DNA from: Octopus bimaculoides
Lineage: Eukaryota
Assembly (NCBI RefSeq): GCF_001194135.2
Contig: NC_069000.1
Span: forward strand, 42,538,327 to 42,595,789
Length of the DNA: 57,463 nt
Reading direction: 5' to 3'
Below, piece by piece: positions 38,881 through 50,955 of this stretch (its first letter is position 1; every line of letters begins with the position of its first letter). Under the pieces are notes generated by a model, which did not search any database, was not told the DNA's origin, and saw nothing but the letters and a program-made list of their open reading frames with translations. Both the position numbers and the translations under genes were made by a program.

Positions 38881-39220
38881 TCCCTCAACTGTTAGGGTGT
38901 GGCACTTTTTCATGCAGCTATCCTCATCCATTTTCACCACATGTCCATACCAGCGCAATCGTCTCTCTTGCACACCACAACTGATGCTTCTAATGTTCAG
39001 CTTTTCTCTCAAGATACTTACACTCTGACGGGTATTCACATTGACATTACACATCCAACGGAGCATACTGGCTTCATTCCTTGCGAGCTTACGTATGTCC
39101 TCAGCAGTTACAGCCCATGTTTCACTGCCATGTAGCATGGCTGTTCGTACGCATGCGTCATACAGTCTGCCTTTTACTCTGAGTGAGAGTCCCTTTGTCG
39201 CCAGCAGGGGTAAGAGCTCT
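38881..39220 (-). mobile_element. RTE-clade LINE fragment (C-terminal to RT), in a NIT2 intron
   Basis: LLPLLATKGLSLRVKGRLYDACVRTAMLHGSETWA...MLRWMCNV...ERRLRWYGHV is a typical RTE/BovB-like block. It is cut by an N gap. Confidence 0.92.
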
Positions 39221-39252
39221 CATATATATATATATAGATATATAAACATATA

Positions 39253-39760
39253 CAGGGTGCGACAGAAAGGTAGGTGCCCTGATTTCAGAGGTTAATGGAA
39301 AACAAACACATGAAGATGCATGAAAGAACTTTGTATTTCTATAAAGTTCATTAAATGTTATTTGCTTTTCTGTTTCAGGTAGGACCCAGCATGGCCTTGG
39401 AGTGGAGAGCATTGTGCATTTGTTGTTGGAAAGTTTGTTAAGAATACTGAATCCATTGTAACGACGCAACATTCCTTATGAAGACACTTTGCGTTTCTTT
39501 GTTATGAACCTGTACCGGATGGAAAAACAATTTGTTGGTGGGTTTCCAACTTCAAACAAACATCATCGGCTTTGAACAGGAAAAGTCCTGGCCGTCCTGG
39601 GACCGCTACAGGGCCAGAAAATGACATAGCTGTGGCAGCTTCAGTACCAACAGTCTCCCAGAAGGTTCTGCACGAAAACACGCATCTGCCTTACACATGT
39701 CCAATCGAAGTGTCCGCAGAATCTTACACAAATCTCGCCATACGCATCCCTACAAGATAA
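39253..39760 (+). mobile_element. Tc1/mariner-type element 5' part
   Basis: TA|CAGGGTG terminus followed by decayed transposase-like sequence. Confidence 0.55.
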
Positions 39761-40705
39761 TGGTTGTACAGGAGTTAAGTGAGAGGGATTTTGAAATAGG
39801 GCCAACCTTTCTGCCGAAAACAGTCAGCTGCTGATCCAAGGGAAACAACCCACTAATTCCGAAGTAAAACCTCTACACATCATGCTGGAGTACTGCCATA
39901 AAAGGTTTTAGTCGAAACAAACGACCCCAGGATTTACTCTTGCAAGCCTAGTACCTATTCTATAAGTTCTCTTTTGTTGAACCGCTAAGCTACGGTGATG
40001 TAAACACACCAACATCGGTTGTGAAGTGATGGTAGGGGTGGGGACAACACAGACACATACATACACATATATACAATGGGCTTCTTTCAGTTTCCTTATT
40101 TCTTTATTGCCCACAAGGGGCTAAACATAGAGGGGACAAACAAGGACAGACAAAAGGATTAAGTTGATTACATCGACCCCAGTGCGTAACTGGTACTTAA
40201 TTTATCGACCCCGAAAGGATGAAAAACAAAGTCAACCTCGACGGAATTTGAACTCAGAATGTAACGGCAAACGAAATAGTGCAAAGCATTTTGATCAGCA
40301 TGCTAACGTATCTGCCAGCTCACCGCCTTTCAGTTTCCGTCTACCAAATCCACTCACAAAGCCAAGGCTATTGAATAAGACACTTGTCCAAGGGGCCATG
40401 CAGTGGGACTGAACCCAGAACCATGTATATGTATATATTATAAATATTTAGCAAAGCCACCACTGCTGGGTGTTTCAATCTGCAGCTGAGTTTCTGATGC
40501 ATTTTTTGTGTCTCTAAACCCTGTACGTGTATAAGACATAGTATTACATGGTGAATACAGCAGTTAGTTAGACATTCAGCAATGTATCTCTTACTTTACA
40601 TTATACACTGGTGACATCATGCAATGAAGGCCTTTGGGTCTTACAATGACTTCGACCAATGGCTGACCAATAACCAAGTAGTTATGACAATGGGGTTAGA
40701 CTTAC

Positions 40706-40883
40706 CAAGGGCTAGCAATGGTACTGTGGCCCCATGCAGTGTACGATGCTGTTTCAGAACGGGCTGGTGAGACCGTGGCAACGTACAACTGGTTATCCAA
40801 AGCACGACTTCGCTGCAACAACTCCCAGTGGGCCGGGCCGGTGGTCATGTTGAAAGCCCCTGGGTACACAAGAAGCTTGCAAC
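40706..40883 (-). CDS. NIT2: NIT2 exon 7 ([59 protein letters not shown])
   Basis: gtccag acceptor, GTAAGT donor, 178 nt. [18 protein letters not shown] is characteristic of NIT2. Confidence 0.97.
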
Positions 40884-40991
40884 CTGGACGCAAACAGAGA
40901 AAAAGAACAATAACTGTACCATCATCATCATCACCATCATACACAATATGCACAAATGCACACACTCACACATACTGCATACATACATACA

Positions 40992-41050
<59 letters not shown>

Positions 41051-41520
41051 TCATCAGCAGCAGCAGCGTTGTTGTTTAACGTCCGCTTTCCATGCTGGCA
41101 TGGGTTGGACGATTTGACTGAGGACTGGCAAGCCAGAAGGCTGCACCAGGCTCCAATCTGATCTCGCAATGTTCCTACACCTGGATGCCCTTCCTAATGC
41201 CAACCATTTCCGACAGTGTAGTGGGTGCTTTTTTATGCATCATGAGGGCCAGTCAGGTGGTACTGGCATTGGCCACGCTTGAATGGTGCTTTTTACGTAT
41301 CACCGGCATGGGAGCCAGTCAGGTGGAACATATACACATACACACACACACATATGTATATATATATATACATATATAAATCAAAGGTAATAAGTACAAC
41401 GAACAGAAATCGTCAAAACATAACAAGCAAGAAAAAAAGGATGATAGCACACAACAACAGCAAACAGGACAAAACAAGATACATGGGTTATGTCTAGTGT
41501 TATCAGTAAACTGTACATAC

Positions 41521-41595
41521 CCTGCTTAGCATACAACTGTGCCATTTCTGCAAATCTGATATCATAGCATATACCAATACCAATCTTACAAAATG
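41521..41595 (-). CDS. NIT2: NIT2 exon 6 ([26 protein letters not shown])
   Basis: tttcag acceptor, GTATGT donor, 75 nt. Catalytic Cys in GICYDIRF. Confidence 0.96.
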
Positions 41596-41677
41596 CTGAA
41601 AAATGTAAAAGAAAAAAATTACATAAATAAGCATTAAAAAATGTCACTTATAATACACACGCATACACACAAATATA

Positions 41678-41870
41678 CAGGGTGTGATGGATAAAATGTT
41701 GCAGTTTTATATTTTTAATTTTGAGTGTGTACATTGTCTGCTTTTGATTTTGTTGACTACATAGTATAGTAGGGTTAGTTGGGCACCGTCTGTGTGAAAA
41801 ACAGCATGATGCAATTCACTCTGCCAGAAATTTGGAAATGACATGCTTTACTGCTTCTTGAGCAAGACAC
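41678..41870 (+). mobile_element. Tc1/mariner-type element 5' end
   Basis: TA|CAGGGTGTGATGGATAAA terminus. Confidence 0.5.
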
Positions 41871-42174
41871 TTTATTTCACAACATAGTGATGGAAGGGGA
41901 CATGAGGCCAGAGAAACAAGCCACAATAAGTCTGGTCCAACCTGTGCTAACATGGAAAAAGCAGATATAAAAATGGTGATGATGATGATGAAGATGACTC
42001 GATGACAATGATGATGATGATAACGATTGTGATGGTGATGATGACAATGATGACGACAACGATGATGATGATGGTGATGACAACAACAATGACGACGATG
42101 ACGACAATGACAATGATGACGATGACAACGATGATGATGATGATGATGATGATAATGATAGAGACTAAACTTAC

Positions 42175-42268
42175 ATGTATTAAATGTAGTCAATTTATTG
42201 CCAGCGTTCAAAATTTTGGACTCTTGGAAGGATATTTTCCCAGGAATATTAATATCAAATAAATGTAC
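42175..42268 (-). CDS. NIT2: NIT2 exon 5 (VHLFDINIPGKISFQESKILNAGNKLTTFNT)
   Basis: aaccag acceptor, GTAAGT donor, 94 nt. HLFDI..PGKI.FQES motif. Confidence 0.96.
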
Positions 42269-43796
42269 CTGGTTTAGAAATAAAACATAAAAATTTGAAA
42301 ATTTCAGGAAGGAAGGACATAATCTTATTAAACAAACTTTAGATCAGAACGAAGGTGTCTGGGACATATTTGACCCGTAAAGAGGCCTTTTCAACGTGGT
42401 TTGCCATGGAGAAAAATTCTCGCTTTAGATGAAAAGTGTAAAGATGCACCAAACTAAGTAGAATCGCTGTCATCCATACATACAGGCTTGTCCTTTACTG
42501 GTGCCAGTGCCGCGTAATTTCACCCATGCTGGTGGCACATAAAAAGCATCCAGTACATTCTGTAAAGTGGTTGGCGTTAGGAAGGGCATTGAGTTGTAGA
42601 ATCTATGCCTCAACAGACAATTGGAATCTGGACAGCTCCCCGGCTGGCCAGCTCCATATCAAACCTTCCAACCCATGCCAGCTTGGAAAATGGACGTTAA
42701 ATGATGATGATGATGATGATGATGATCTGTGAGAAGATGCCTCTACCCTTGTCCCCTTACAGCCTCTTTGAATTGTGAGTGATGCTGTTGACATTCTCGT
42801 TGAAGTGTTCCAAATTGACTACTTTAGTAGAGCCTGGTGCAATGATGGAATTCCTGAATGAGGACATTTCCAGAAAGAACAAAGGCTGACTATAATGGAT
42901 TAGTGCAGCGTTTGTCCTTGTGAACAGTGCTGGACACAAAGTGAAGGTGATAAGAAGAAGGGGAGAGCTGGGCATGTTGGCATTAACCGAACGAAGGTGA
43001 CATGAGACCAGCCGACACTAAGAAACAGGCGCCAGTTTAATAGAAGTATATGGGAGTGTGTTTTGACTTCATGGTGATTGGTCCAATAGGAAAAAATTAA
43101 AAATGTAATGGAAGAAACAATGATGAGGGAGTCTGGCCGAAGACCTGTCAAGCCAAGTGAGATCATAGTCATGGCTGATTCCAGGGTTTCGTAACTGGCA
43201 CCCATGCTGGTGGTATGTAAAAAGCACCCATTACACCCTTGGAGTGGTTGGCACTAGGAAGGGCATCCAGCTGTAGAAACCCTGCCAAATCAGGGTGAAT
43301 CCTGGTGCAGCTCCCCAAGCTTATCAGTTTTCAGTCAAACCGTCCGACCCATGCCAGCATGGAAAGTGGACGTTAAATTATGATGATGATGTGAACATCA
43401 TTCAAGGCACTCAAAGGCCAAGGGTGGTGTAATTTGACAGAACAAACATTTCATCATCATCATCATCATTGTCGTCATCGTTGTTTAAGGTCCGCTTCCA
43501 TGCTGGCATGGGTTGGATGGTTTGACTGAGGGCTGGCAAGCCAGAAGGCTGCACCAGACTCCAATCTAATCTGGCAAAGTTTCTACAGCTGGATGCCCTT
43601 CCTAACACCAACCACTTCAAGAGTGTAGTGGGTGCTTCTTACGTGCCACCGGCATGAGGGCCAGTCAGGTGATACTGGCATCGACCATGCTCAAATGGTG
43701 GTTTTTAACGCGAAAGTAATTTGATGTGAATGTCTAAATTTGCAGAACTATGCAAACCAACTGATATTGAAACTAATAAACTGTATGGAATTTCAC

Positions 43797-43885
43797 CTTC
43801 TGATGCTGAGCAATCATCTCTCCGTCTGGGTTAAAAACAGGGCAGGTATTAAACAGTTTTCCATTCTTGGCTTCTGGAAGGGAAC
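43797..43885 (-). CDS. NIT2: NIT2 exon 4 (SLPEAKNGKLFNTCPVFNPDGEMIAQHQK)
   Basis: atccaag acceptor, GTGAAA donor, 89 nt. Catalytic Lys at the exon end. Confidence 0.94.
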
Positions 43886-44289
43886 CTTGGATAAAAAAGG
43901 AAATAATAAAAAGAAAAAAAAACATTAGGAAGTACTGATTTTAAATTTTGGCACAAGGCCAGCAATTTGATGGGGGTAAGTTGATTTCATTGACATCAGT
44001 GTTTGGCTGATATTTATTTTATTGACCTTGAAAGGGATGAAAAGCAAAGTTGACTTTGGTGGAACTTGAACTCAGAACATAATGCTGCTAAGAATTTTGT
44101 CCAGCAATGCTAATGGTTCTGCCGGTTCATTATCTTAAAGCAGTCAAAAATATTAAGATTCAGAATAGAAGGGGTGGGCAAAAATGGGTGCTGAACATAA
44201 GGGCTGAATTCCAAATGACCAAAGTCAGAATATTTAATGGTAGGTCTAATAGGCAGTTATGTGGAGTGGGACAATTACAATTAGGTGAT

Positions 44290-44400
44290 GGGGTGGTGGT
44301 GGTGGTGGTAGTGGTAGTGGTGGTGATATGGTGGTGGTGGTAGTGGTAGTGGTGGTGGTGGTAGTGGTGGTGGTGGTGATAGGGTGGTGGTGGTGGTGGG
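44290..44400. repeat. (GGT)n microsatellite
   Basis: Directly visible. Confidence 0.95.
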
Positions 44401-46092
44401 TAGTTTTTATCTTTTATCTTTTACTTGTTTCAGTCATTGGACTACGACCAGGCTGGAGCACCACTTTAAAGGGTTTAGTCAAACTGACCACCTCCACACT
44501 TATTTTTTTTAAAGCCTGCAACTAACTTCATTGATCACTTTTTGTCAAACGGCTAAGTTAGACAAGCAGATAGATAGTTAAGCAGATAAATCAATATATC
44601 ATTAGACACACAGACAGATAGATGGATAGATAAATCATTAGACAGAAAGATAGATAGTTAGACTGGTAGATAGATAAATAGTTAGACAGCCAGATAGACA
44701 GAGTTAGACAGAGAAGATAAGTAGTTAGAAAGGGAGAGATGATATATCATTAGACAGAAAGATAGGTAATAATATTGTTGTTGTTGGCACTCCGTCGCTT
44801 ACGACGTTGAGGGTTCCAGTTGATCCGATCAACGGAACAGTCTGCTCATGAAATTAACGTGCAAGTGGCTGAGCACTCCACAGACACGTGTACCCTTAAC
44901 GTAGTTCTCGGGGATATTCAGCGTGACACAGAGTGTGACAAGGCTGACCCTTTGAAATACAGGCACAACAGAAACAAGAAGTAAGAATGAGAGAAAGTTT
45001 TGGTGAAAGAGTACAGCAGGGTTCGCCACCATCCCCTGCCGGAGCCTCGTGGAGCTTTTAGGTGTTTTCGCTCAATAAACACTCACAACGCCCGGTCTGG
45101 GAATCGAAACCGCGATCCTATGACTGTGAGTCTGCTGCCCTACCCACTGGGCCATTGCGCCTCCACAGGTAATAACAAAGTCAGTAGCTAAATAGTTAGA
45201 CAAGCAGAAAAAAATAGTTAGACAGGCAGAATGAGAAATAATTAGACAGGCCAATAGATAGACAAAGAGGTAATAATGATTTTTNNNNNNNNNNNNNNNN
45301 NNNNNNNNNNNNNNNNNNNNNNNNNNNNNNNNNNNNNNNNNNNNNNNNNNNNNNNNNNNNNNNNNNNNNNNNNNNNNNNNNNNNNNNNNNNNNNNNNNNN
45401 NNNNNNNNNNNNNNNNNNNNNNNNNNNNNNNNNNNNNNNNNNNNNNNNNNNNNNNNNNNNNNNNNNNNNNNNNNNNNNNNNNNNNNNNNNNNNNNNNNNN
45501 NNNNNNNNNNNNNNNNNNNNNNNNNNNNNNNNNNNNNNNNNNNNNNNNNNNNNNNNNNNNNNNNNNNNNNNNNNNNNNNNNNNNNNNNNNNNNNNNNNNN
45601 NNNNNNNNNNNNNNNNNNNNNNNNNNNNNNNNNNNNNNNNNNNNNNNNNNNNNNNNNNNNNNNNNNNNNNNNNNNNNNNNNNNNNNNNNNNNNNNNNNNN
45701 NNNNNNNNNNNNNNNNNNNNNNNNNNNNNTGAAAGAGTACAGCAGGGTTCGCCACCATCCCCTGCCGGAGCCTCGTGGAGCTTTTAGGTGTTTTCGCTCA
45801 ATAAACACTCACAACGCCCGGTCTGGGAATCGAAACCGCGATCCTATGACTGTGAGTCTGCTGCCCTACCCACTGGGCCATTGCGCCTCCACAGGTAATA
45901 ACAAAGTCAGTAGCTAAATAGTTAGACAAGCAGAAAAAAATAGTTAGACAGGCAGAAAGAGAAATAATTAGACAGGCCAATAGATAGACAAAGAGGTAAT
46001 AATGATTTTTTTTACTATTTATTATGATAACGATTTCTTAATTAGATAGGTGTATAAATAAGGAAAGAAATTTAAAAAAAAATGCAACTAAC

Positions 46093-46213
46093 CTCCAATT
46101 ACGTAAACTTTATTTTGTTTTGCAGCTTTACTTAAGACTTCAGTTGAAGCTCCAGGGATTTCCTCAGAATATTCTTTGAAGTAACCAGTGCCATATGGAG
46201 AATTGAAGCATTC
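46093..46213 (-). CDS. NIT2: NIT2 exon 3 ([41 protein letters not shown])
   Basis: ttccag acceptor, GTTAGT donor, 121 nt. Catalytic Glu in [10 protein letters not shown]. Confidence 0.96.
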
Positions 46214-46554
46214 CTGGAAGTGAGAGAAAAGGAAACTTCGAATAAACATATATATTGTTGCTGTTGCTGTTGTCATGGCTTTCAACATCACATCATCATA
46301 ATCTCCACCACCATCCTCCTCATCTTAATGTCCACTTTTCCATGCTTGCTTGCAGTGGATGGAATTTTTAGGAGTATATTTTCTACAGTTGGATGCCCTT
46401 ACTGTCACCAACCTTCACCAGTTTTCAAGGTGATATTTCTCCTCCATGGCCAGACCAGATGCATAACCAGGTTCTAAAGTGAGGGGAAGCAAGCACATAA
46501 AAAAAAGGCACCATGGCACATACATATATCGTTTCCATGTATGAGTTCAGTTCT

Positions 46555-46897
46555 ATATTTAAGAGATGAGGAATTATTTACATTATTTACATTTGACGGA
46601 TATTTGTCCTCATCTTGTTTGTTGTTAACACAATATTTCAGCTGATACACCCTCCAGCCTTCATCAGACACCTGATGAAATTTCCAACCTGGGTTCTCAT
46701 TCCTAAGGTATTTTTCAATGTTATTATTATTATTATTANNNNNNNNNNNNNNNNNNNNNNNNNNNNNNNNNNNNNNNNNNNNNNNNNNNNNNNNNNNNNN
46801 NNNNNNNNNNNNNNNNNNNNNNNNNNNNNNNNNNNNNNNNNNNNNNNNNNNNNNNNNNNNNNNNNNNNNNNNNNNNNNNNNNNNNNNNNNNNNNNNN

Positions 46898-46949
<52 letters not shown>

Positions 46950-46990
46950 GCATAAAAAAATACCTTAGGAATGAGAACCCAGGTTGGAAT
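46555..46990. mobile_element. Penelope-like terminal-repeat remnant with inverted arms around a gap
   Basis: Minus-strand CTGATGAAGGCTGGAGGGTGTATCAGCTGAAATATTGTGTT. CCAACCTGGGTTCTCATTCCTAAGGTATTTTT (about 46684) is inverted at about 46955-46988. Confidence 0.65.
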
Positions 46991-48138
46991 TTTCCCCATA
47001 ATTCCAGTCTGACTTCGGCTTGGTTTCTACAGCTGGATGTCCTTCCTAACGCCAACCACTCGGAGAGTATAATAAATGCTTATGTGTGTATAATGTTAGT
47101 ATGCTGGGTGAAATGCTTAGCGGCATTTCGTCTGTCTTTACATTCTGAGTTCAAATTCTGCTGAGGTAGACTTTACCTTTCATCCTTTTGGGGTCAATAA
47201 ATTAAGTAAACTGGGGTCGATCTAATCGACTGGCCCCTTCCCCAAAAATTTCAGGCCTTGTGCCTAGAGTAGAAAAGATGTCTATGTGTGTATATATGTG
47301 TGCATGTCTGTGTGTGCTCAGGTATTTATATGTGTGTGTGTATATATATATCTATGTCTTTATTGCCTGCAGGGGGCTAAACATAGAGGGGACAAACAAG
47401 GACAGACAAAGGGATTAAGTCGATTACATCAACCCCAGTGCGTAACTGGTACTTAATTTATCGACCCCGAAAGAATAAAAGGCAAAGTCGACCTCGGTGG
47501 AATTTGAACTCAGAACGTAACGGCAGACGAAATACCGCTAAGCATTTTGCCCGGCGTGCTAACGTTTCTGCCAGCTCGCCGCTTTGTGTGTATATATATA
47601 TCATCATCATCATCATCATCATCATTTAACGTTCAATAATCCATGCTGGCATGGGTTGGATGGTTTGATAGGAGCTGACCAATCGGAGAGCTGCACCTGG
47701 CTCCAGTTGTTTTGTTTGACATGGGTTCTATGGTTGGAACCCTTCCCTAACACCAGCCCCTTTACAAAGTGCACTGGGTGCTTTTTACAGGGCCCCAACA
47801 TGGATGCTTTTATGTGACACATGTGTGGGAGGCATATGTGTGTATATGTATGTGTTTGCCCTTCACTGCTTGACAACTGGTGTTAGTTTGTTTATGTCCC
47901 TGTGACATAGGAGTTCAGCAAAAGGTACTGATAGAATAAGAAGCAGGCTTAATGAAATAAGACCTGGGGTTGACATGTCCAACTAAAACCCTTCTAGGTG
48001 ATGCCCCAGCATGGCCACAATTGTTCAATGATTGAAACAAGTAAAAGACAAAAGATAAAGATCCCTGTTCCAAAAATTGTTTTAACTGTTTCTTGATGTT
48101 TGGAATCCCATTAAAATCAGAATGTAATTCTTACTTAC

Positions 48139-48254
48139 GGGCAGCGCAACAATGTCAGCTCTTTTAGCTGCTTCGGCAATTTTGATGGAGGCATTGCGTA
48201 GGTTGTCTTCTTTCGAAGCAGTAACAGCCAGTTGAATGAGAGCAAGTCGTAGTT
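48139..48254 (-). CDS. NIT2: NIT2 exon 2 (KLRLALIQLAVTASKEDNLRNASIKIAEAAKRADIVALP)
   Basis: tctcag acceptor, GTAAGT donor, 116 nt. Nitrilase-family N-terminus. Confidence 0.93.
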
Positions 48255-49597
48255 CTGAGAAATAAAACATAAAAGAAACAGAAACGGTTAAGGTAAGAGA
48301 GGAAATGGAAAAGTGCTAGATCAGTGAATCCCAAAATGAGGCCTTGGAAAATTGTGCCAAGGTGGACTTTGACTTTCATCTTTTGGGGTTGACAAAATAA
48401 GTAGCAATCAAGTACTGGGGGTCAATGTAATCAACTATATATATGTGTGTGTGTGTGTATATGTTTGTGTGTCTGTGCTTGTCCCCCCAACATCGCTTGA
48501 CAACCGATGCTGGTGCGTTTACGTCTCCGTAACTTAACGGTTCGGCAAAAGTGACTGATAAAATAAGTACTAGGCTTACAAAGAATAAGTCCTGGGGTCG
48601 ATTTGCTCGACTAAAAGGCGGCGCTCCAGCATGGCCGCAGTCAAATGACTGAAACAAGTAAAAGAGTAAAAGAATGAGAGTAAAGAGTATATTCGTATTT
48701 CAAGTTCTATTTTTTTCTGTTTATACCAACACACACACACACGTCCGTGTGTGTGTGAACACGTACGTAAACTGACATCTGATACAAAACAAGGAATCGC
48801 AGACTATACTGGACTTTCCGAAAATCTACAAAAATTACGAAGTGTTTTATTGTTTCCAAAATATACTATAAAAACCATAATTAAGAAGCTTTAATTAATT
48901 TAGCTTTCTTCGTAATTACATGCTTTCTCATTCGCTCATAAAATATTAGTTACACAACACGGTGTGCAATGCCCGAATATCTACAAAATATTCTAAAGTG
49001 TGTTGTTTTATGCCTGTATAATATACCATAAGACAGTCATTAACTAGGCTTAATTAATTTTGCAGGTGCCTTTAATGTAGCATGTCGTTTTTCTGTGGCC
49101 CTTTTCTGTTTGTATCTGGAGGTCGTTGTTTACGTACACGCCTGAAAACTTAGCCATATACACATTATACACACATACGCATATATATACAAATATATAA
49201 TGTAAAGAGTGTGTGTGTTCACGGGTAACATAAAACACAAATGCCGACCCTGGAGCGATTTGAACTCTGAAATATAATGATATACCATAAGGGTATATAG
49301 ACTCGCTATAGAGGTTAAAGGAACATTGATAAAGATAGGGAAAAATTAAATAATATCGATTAATTTACTAGATTAATTATAAGTATAAGTTCATTAGAGA
49401 TAAATGCGAGCTGTCGGTATCGATAGAAACATGCTATGTATTTCTGAAACGTGTACAAGGAAGAAAATTACATTAAAATATAAAATATGCGAAATGTTTT
49501 GGAGTAATGATGAAATAGGAGAGAAATGAGTTTATACTTTGAAATATGTACTGTAATACTTAAAATAGTAATATAGAAATTTGGAACCAAAACATAC

Positions 49598-49604
49598 TGG
49601 ACAT
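49598..49604 (-). CDS. NIT2: NIT2 first coding exon (ATG TCC A)
   Basis: ATGTCCA|GTATGT on the minus strand. Phase 1 fits the next exon, giving MSKLRLALIQ. There is an in-frame TAA shortly upstream. Confidence 0.75.
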
Positions 49605-50090
49605 GTTTCTTGCGGGGAAAAATTAAAAGCCGACTCGGCAGGAATTGCTGATATAAAAACCAAAACAAACCGGAACGAATAATAAAATAGCAGTATTGCA
49701 GAGAGATTATGAAGACAAAAAACGAACATTTAGGAATAGCCGTCTTCCGTTTTCTATATTAATTTCATTTATAGACGTCTCTAACGAATAGCGTCGGAAA
49801 TTGTTTTGCGCTCCAAAAATTGTAATTTTTTTTTTCAGATGTCTAAGTTACGAAGATTACAAATATTCTTCTTACCAATTCACAAGGTTAACACATCTGC
49901 TAATTAAATTATATTCTTTTAATTGTTTCAGTCATTTGACCGCCTTTAGTCGAACAAATCGACCCCAGGACTTATTCTTTGTAAGCCTAGTACTTATTCT
50001 ATCGGTCTGTTTTGCTGAACCGCTACATCACGGGGGCGTAAACACCCCAGCATCGGTTGCTGGGGTGGGGGGACAAACACAGATGCAGAA

Positions 50091-50130
<40 letters not shown>

Positions 50131-50659
50131 TATCCAACGGGTTCCTGTGCAGGTGGCACGTAAAAAACATCATTTGAGCGTGGCTGTTGCCAGTACTGCT
50201 TGATTGGCCCTCGTGCCGATTACACCAACCACTAACCCATGTGCCTTCACTATATATATATATGCGAGTAAAAATAAATACAAAAAAGGTGGTTTTTTTG
50301 TATGATTGTGTATAGAGGAATATATTATTTTGTTTAAAAGAGTTCCAACACTGTCTGTTTTTTATGTTTTATTTATATTCCTGCAGAACCAATGTGGGGT
50401 ATAGAATATGGAATATACAATATATAATATAAAATAAAATAAAATAAAAATGGATGGCACCATGAAATAAAGTATTGAATGTAGATGAAATATTGAGTGT
50501 TCAGTATAAAGGATCAAATATATAAATATNNNNNNNNNNNNNNNNNNNNNNNNNNNNNNNNNNNNNNNNNNNNNNNNNNNNNNNNNNNNNNNNNNNNNNN
50601 NNNNNNNNTATATATATAAGGATTTACTTTTCGGAATGAGATAAAAAAAAACCAAGGCT

Positions 50660-50955
50660 GTGTATAATATAGAACATTTATAAATAGAAGGTCTTACAGC
50701 TGTTTCCAGGATATTTAATATATCCCTTCATCGGAGACGGTATGAGAGGTTGGTTATGCAATAGTTAGTTTAGATAAGATAAGAAATAGAGAGTGAATGT
50801 AGGGATATTGTATTTGTAAATCCATTGTTTAGGCAGAATGGTATACATATAAGATTCCAATACCTTGTGAGTAAAATCCAATAGTCTTTAAGATTGGTCA
50901 TTGCCTTTATAAATCCATTATTAAGATTTTAATACCCTATGAGTAAAATCCAGAT
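50660..50955 (-). mobile_element. Penelope-like terminal-repeat fragment carrying the hammerhead
   Basis: AT-rich fragment with duplicated TGAGTAAAATCCA, ending on the minus strand in a complete minimal hammerhead. Confidence 0.55.
50691..50738 (-). ncRNA. Minimal type I hammerhead ribozyme motif in a Penelope-like repeat
   Basis: Minus strand reads GUCU-CCGAUGA-A-GGGAUAU-auuaa-AUAUCCU-G-GAA-ACAGCUGU-A-AGAC. It has a 4-bp stem I, a 7-bp stem II, a palindromic stem III and a GUA cleavage triplet. Confidence 0.75.

Noticed and set aside
42740-43200. Unique-looking intronic stretch with short ORFs
   Set aside because: Stops occur in all frames and no motif is recognisable. Probably an old decayed retroelement, not assignable.
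45730-46012. Direct duplication of about 45004-45284 (similarly 25875-25980 versus 25991-26093)
   Set aside because: Near-identical copies abut N gaps, typical of unmerged contig overlaps.
49839-49860. Plus-strand cag-ATGTCTAAGTTACGA (MSKLR), the same first residues as NIT2
   Set aside because: Wrong strand, the similarity ends after five codons and a stop soon follows. Treated as coincidence.
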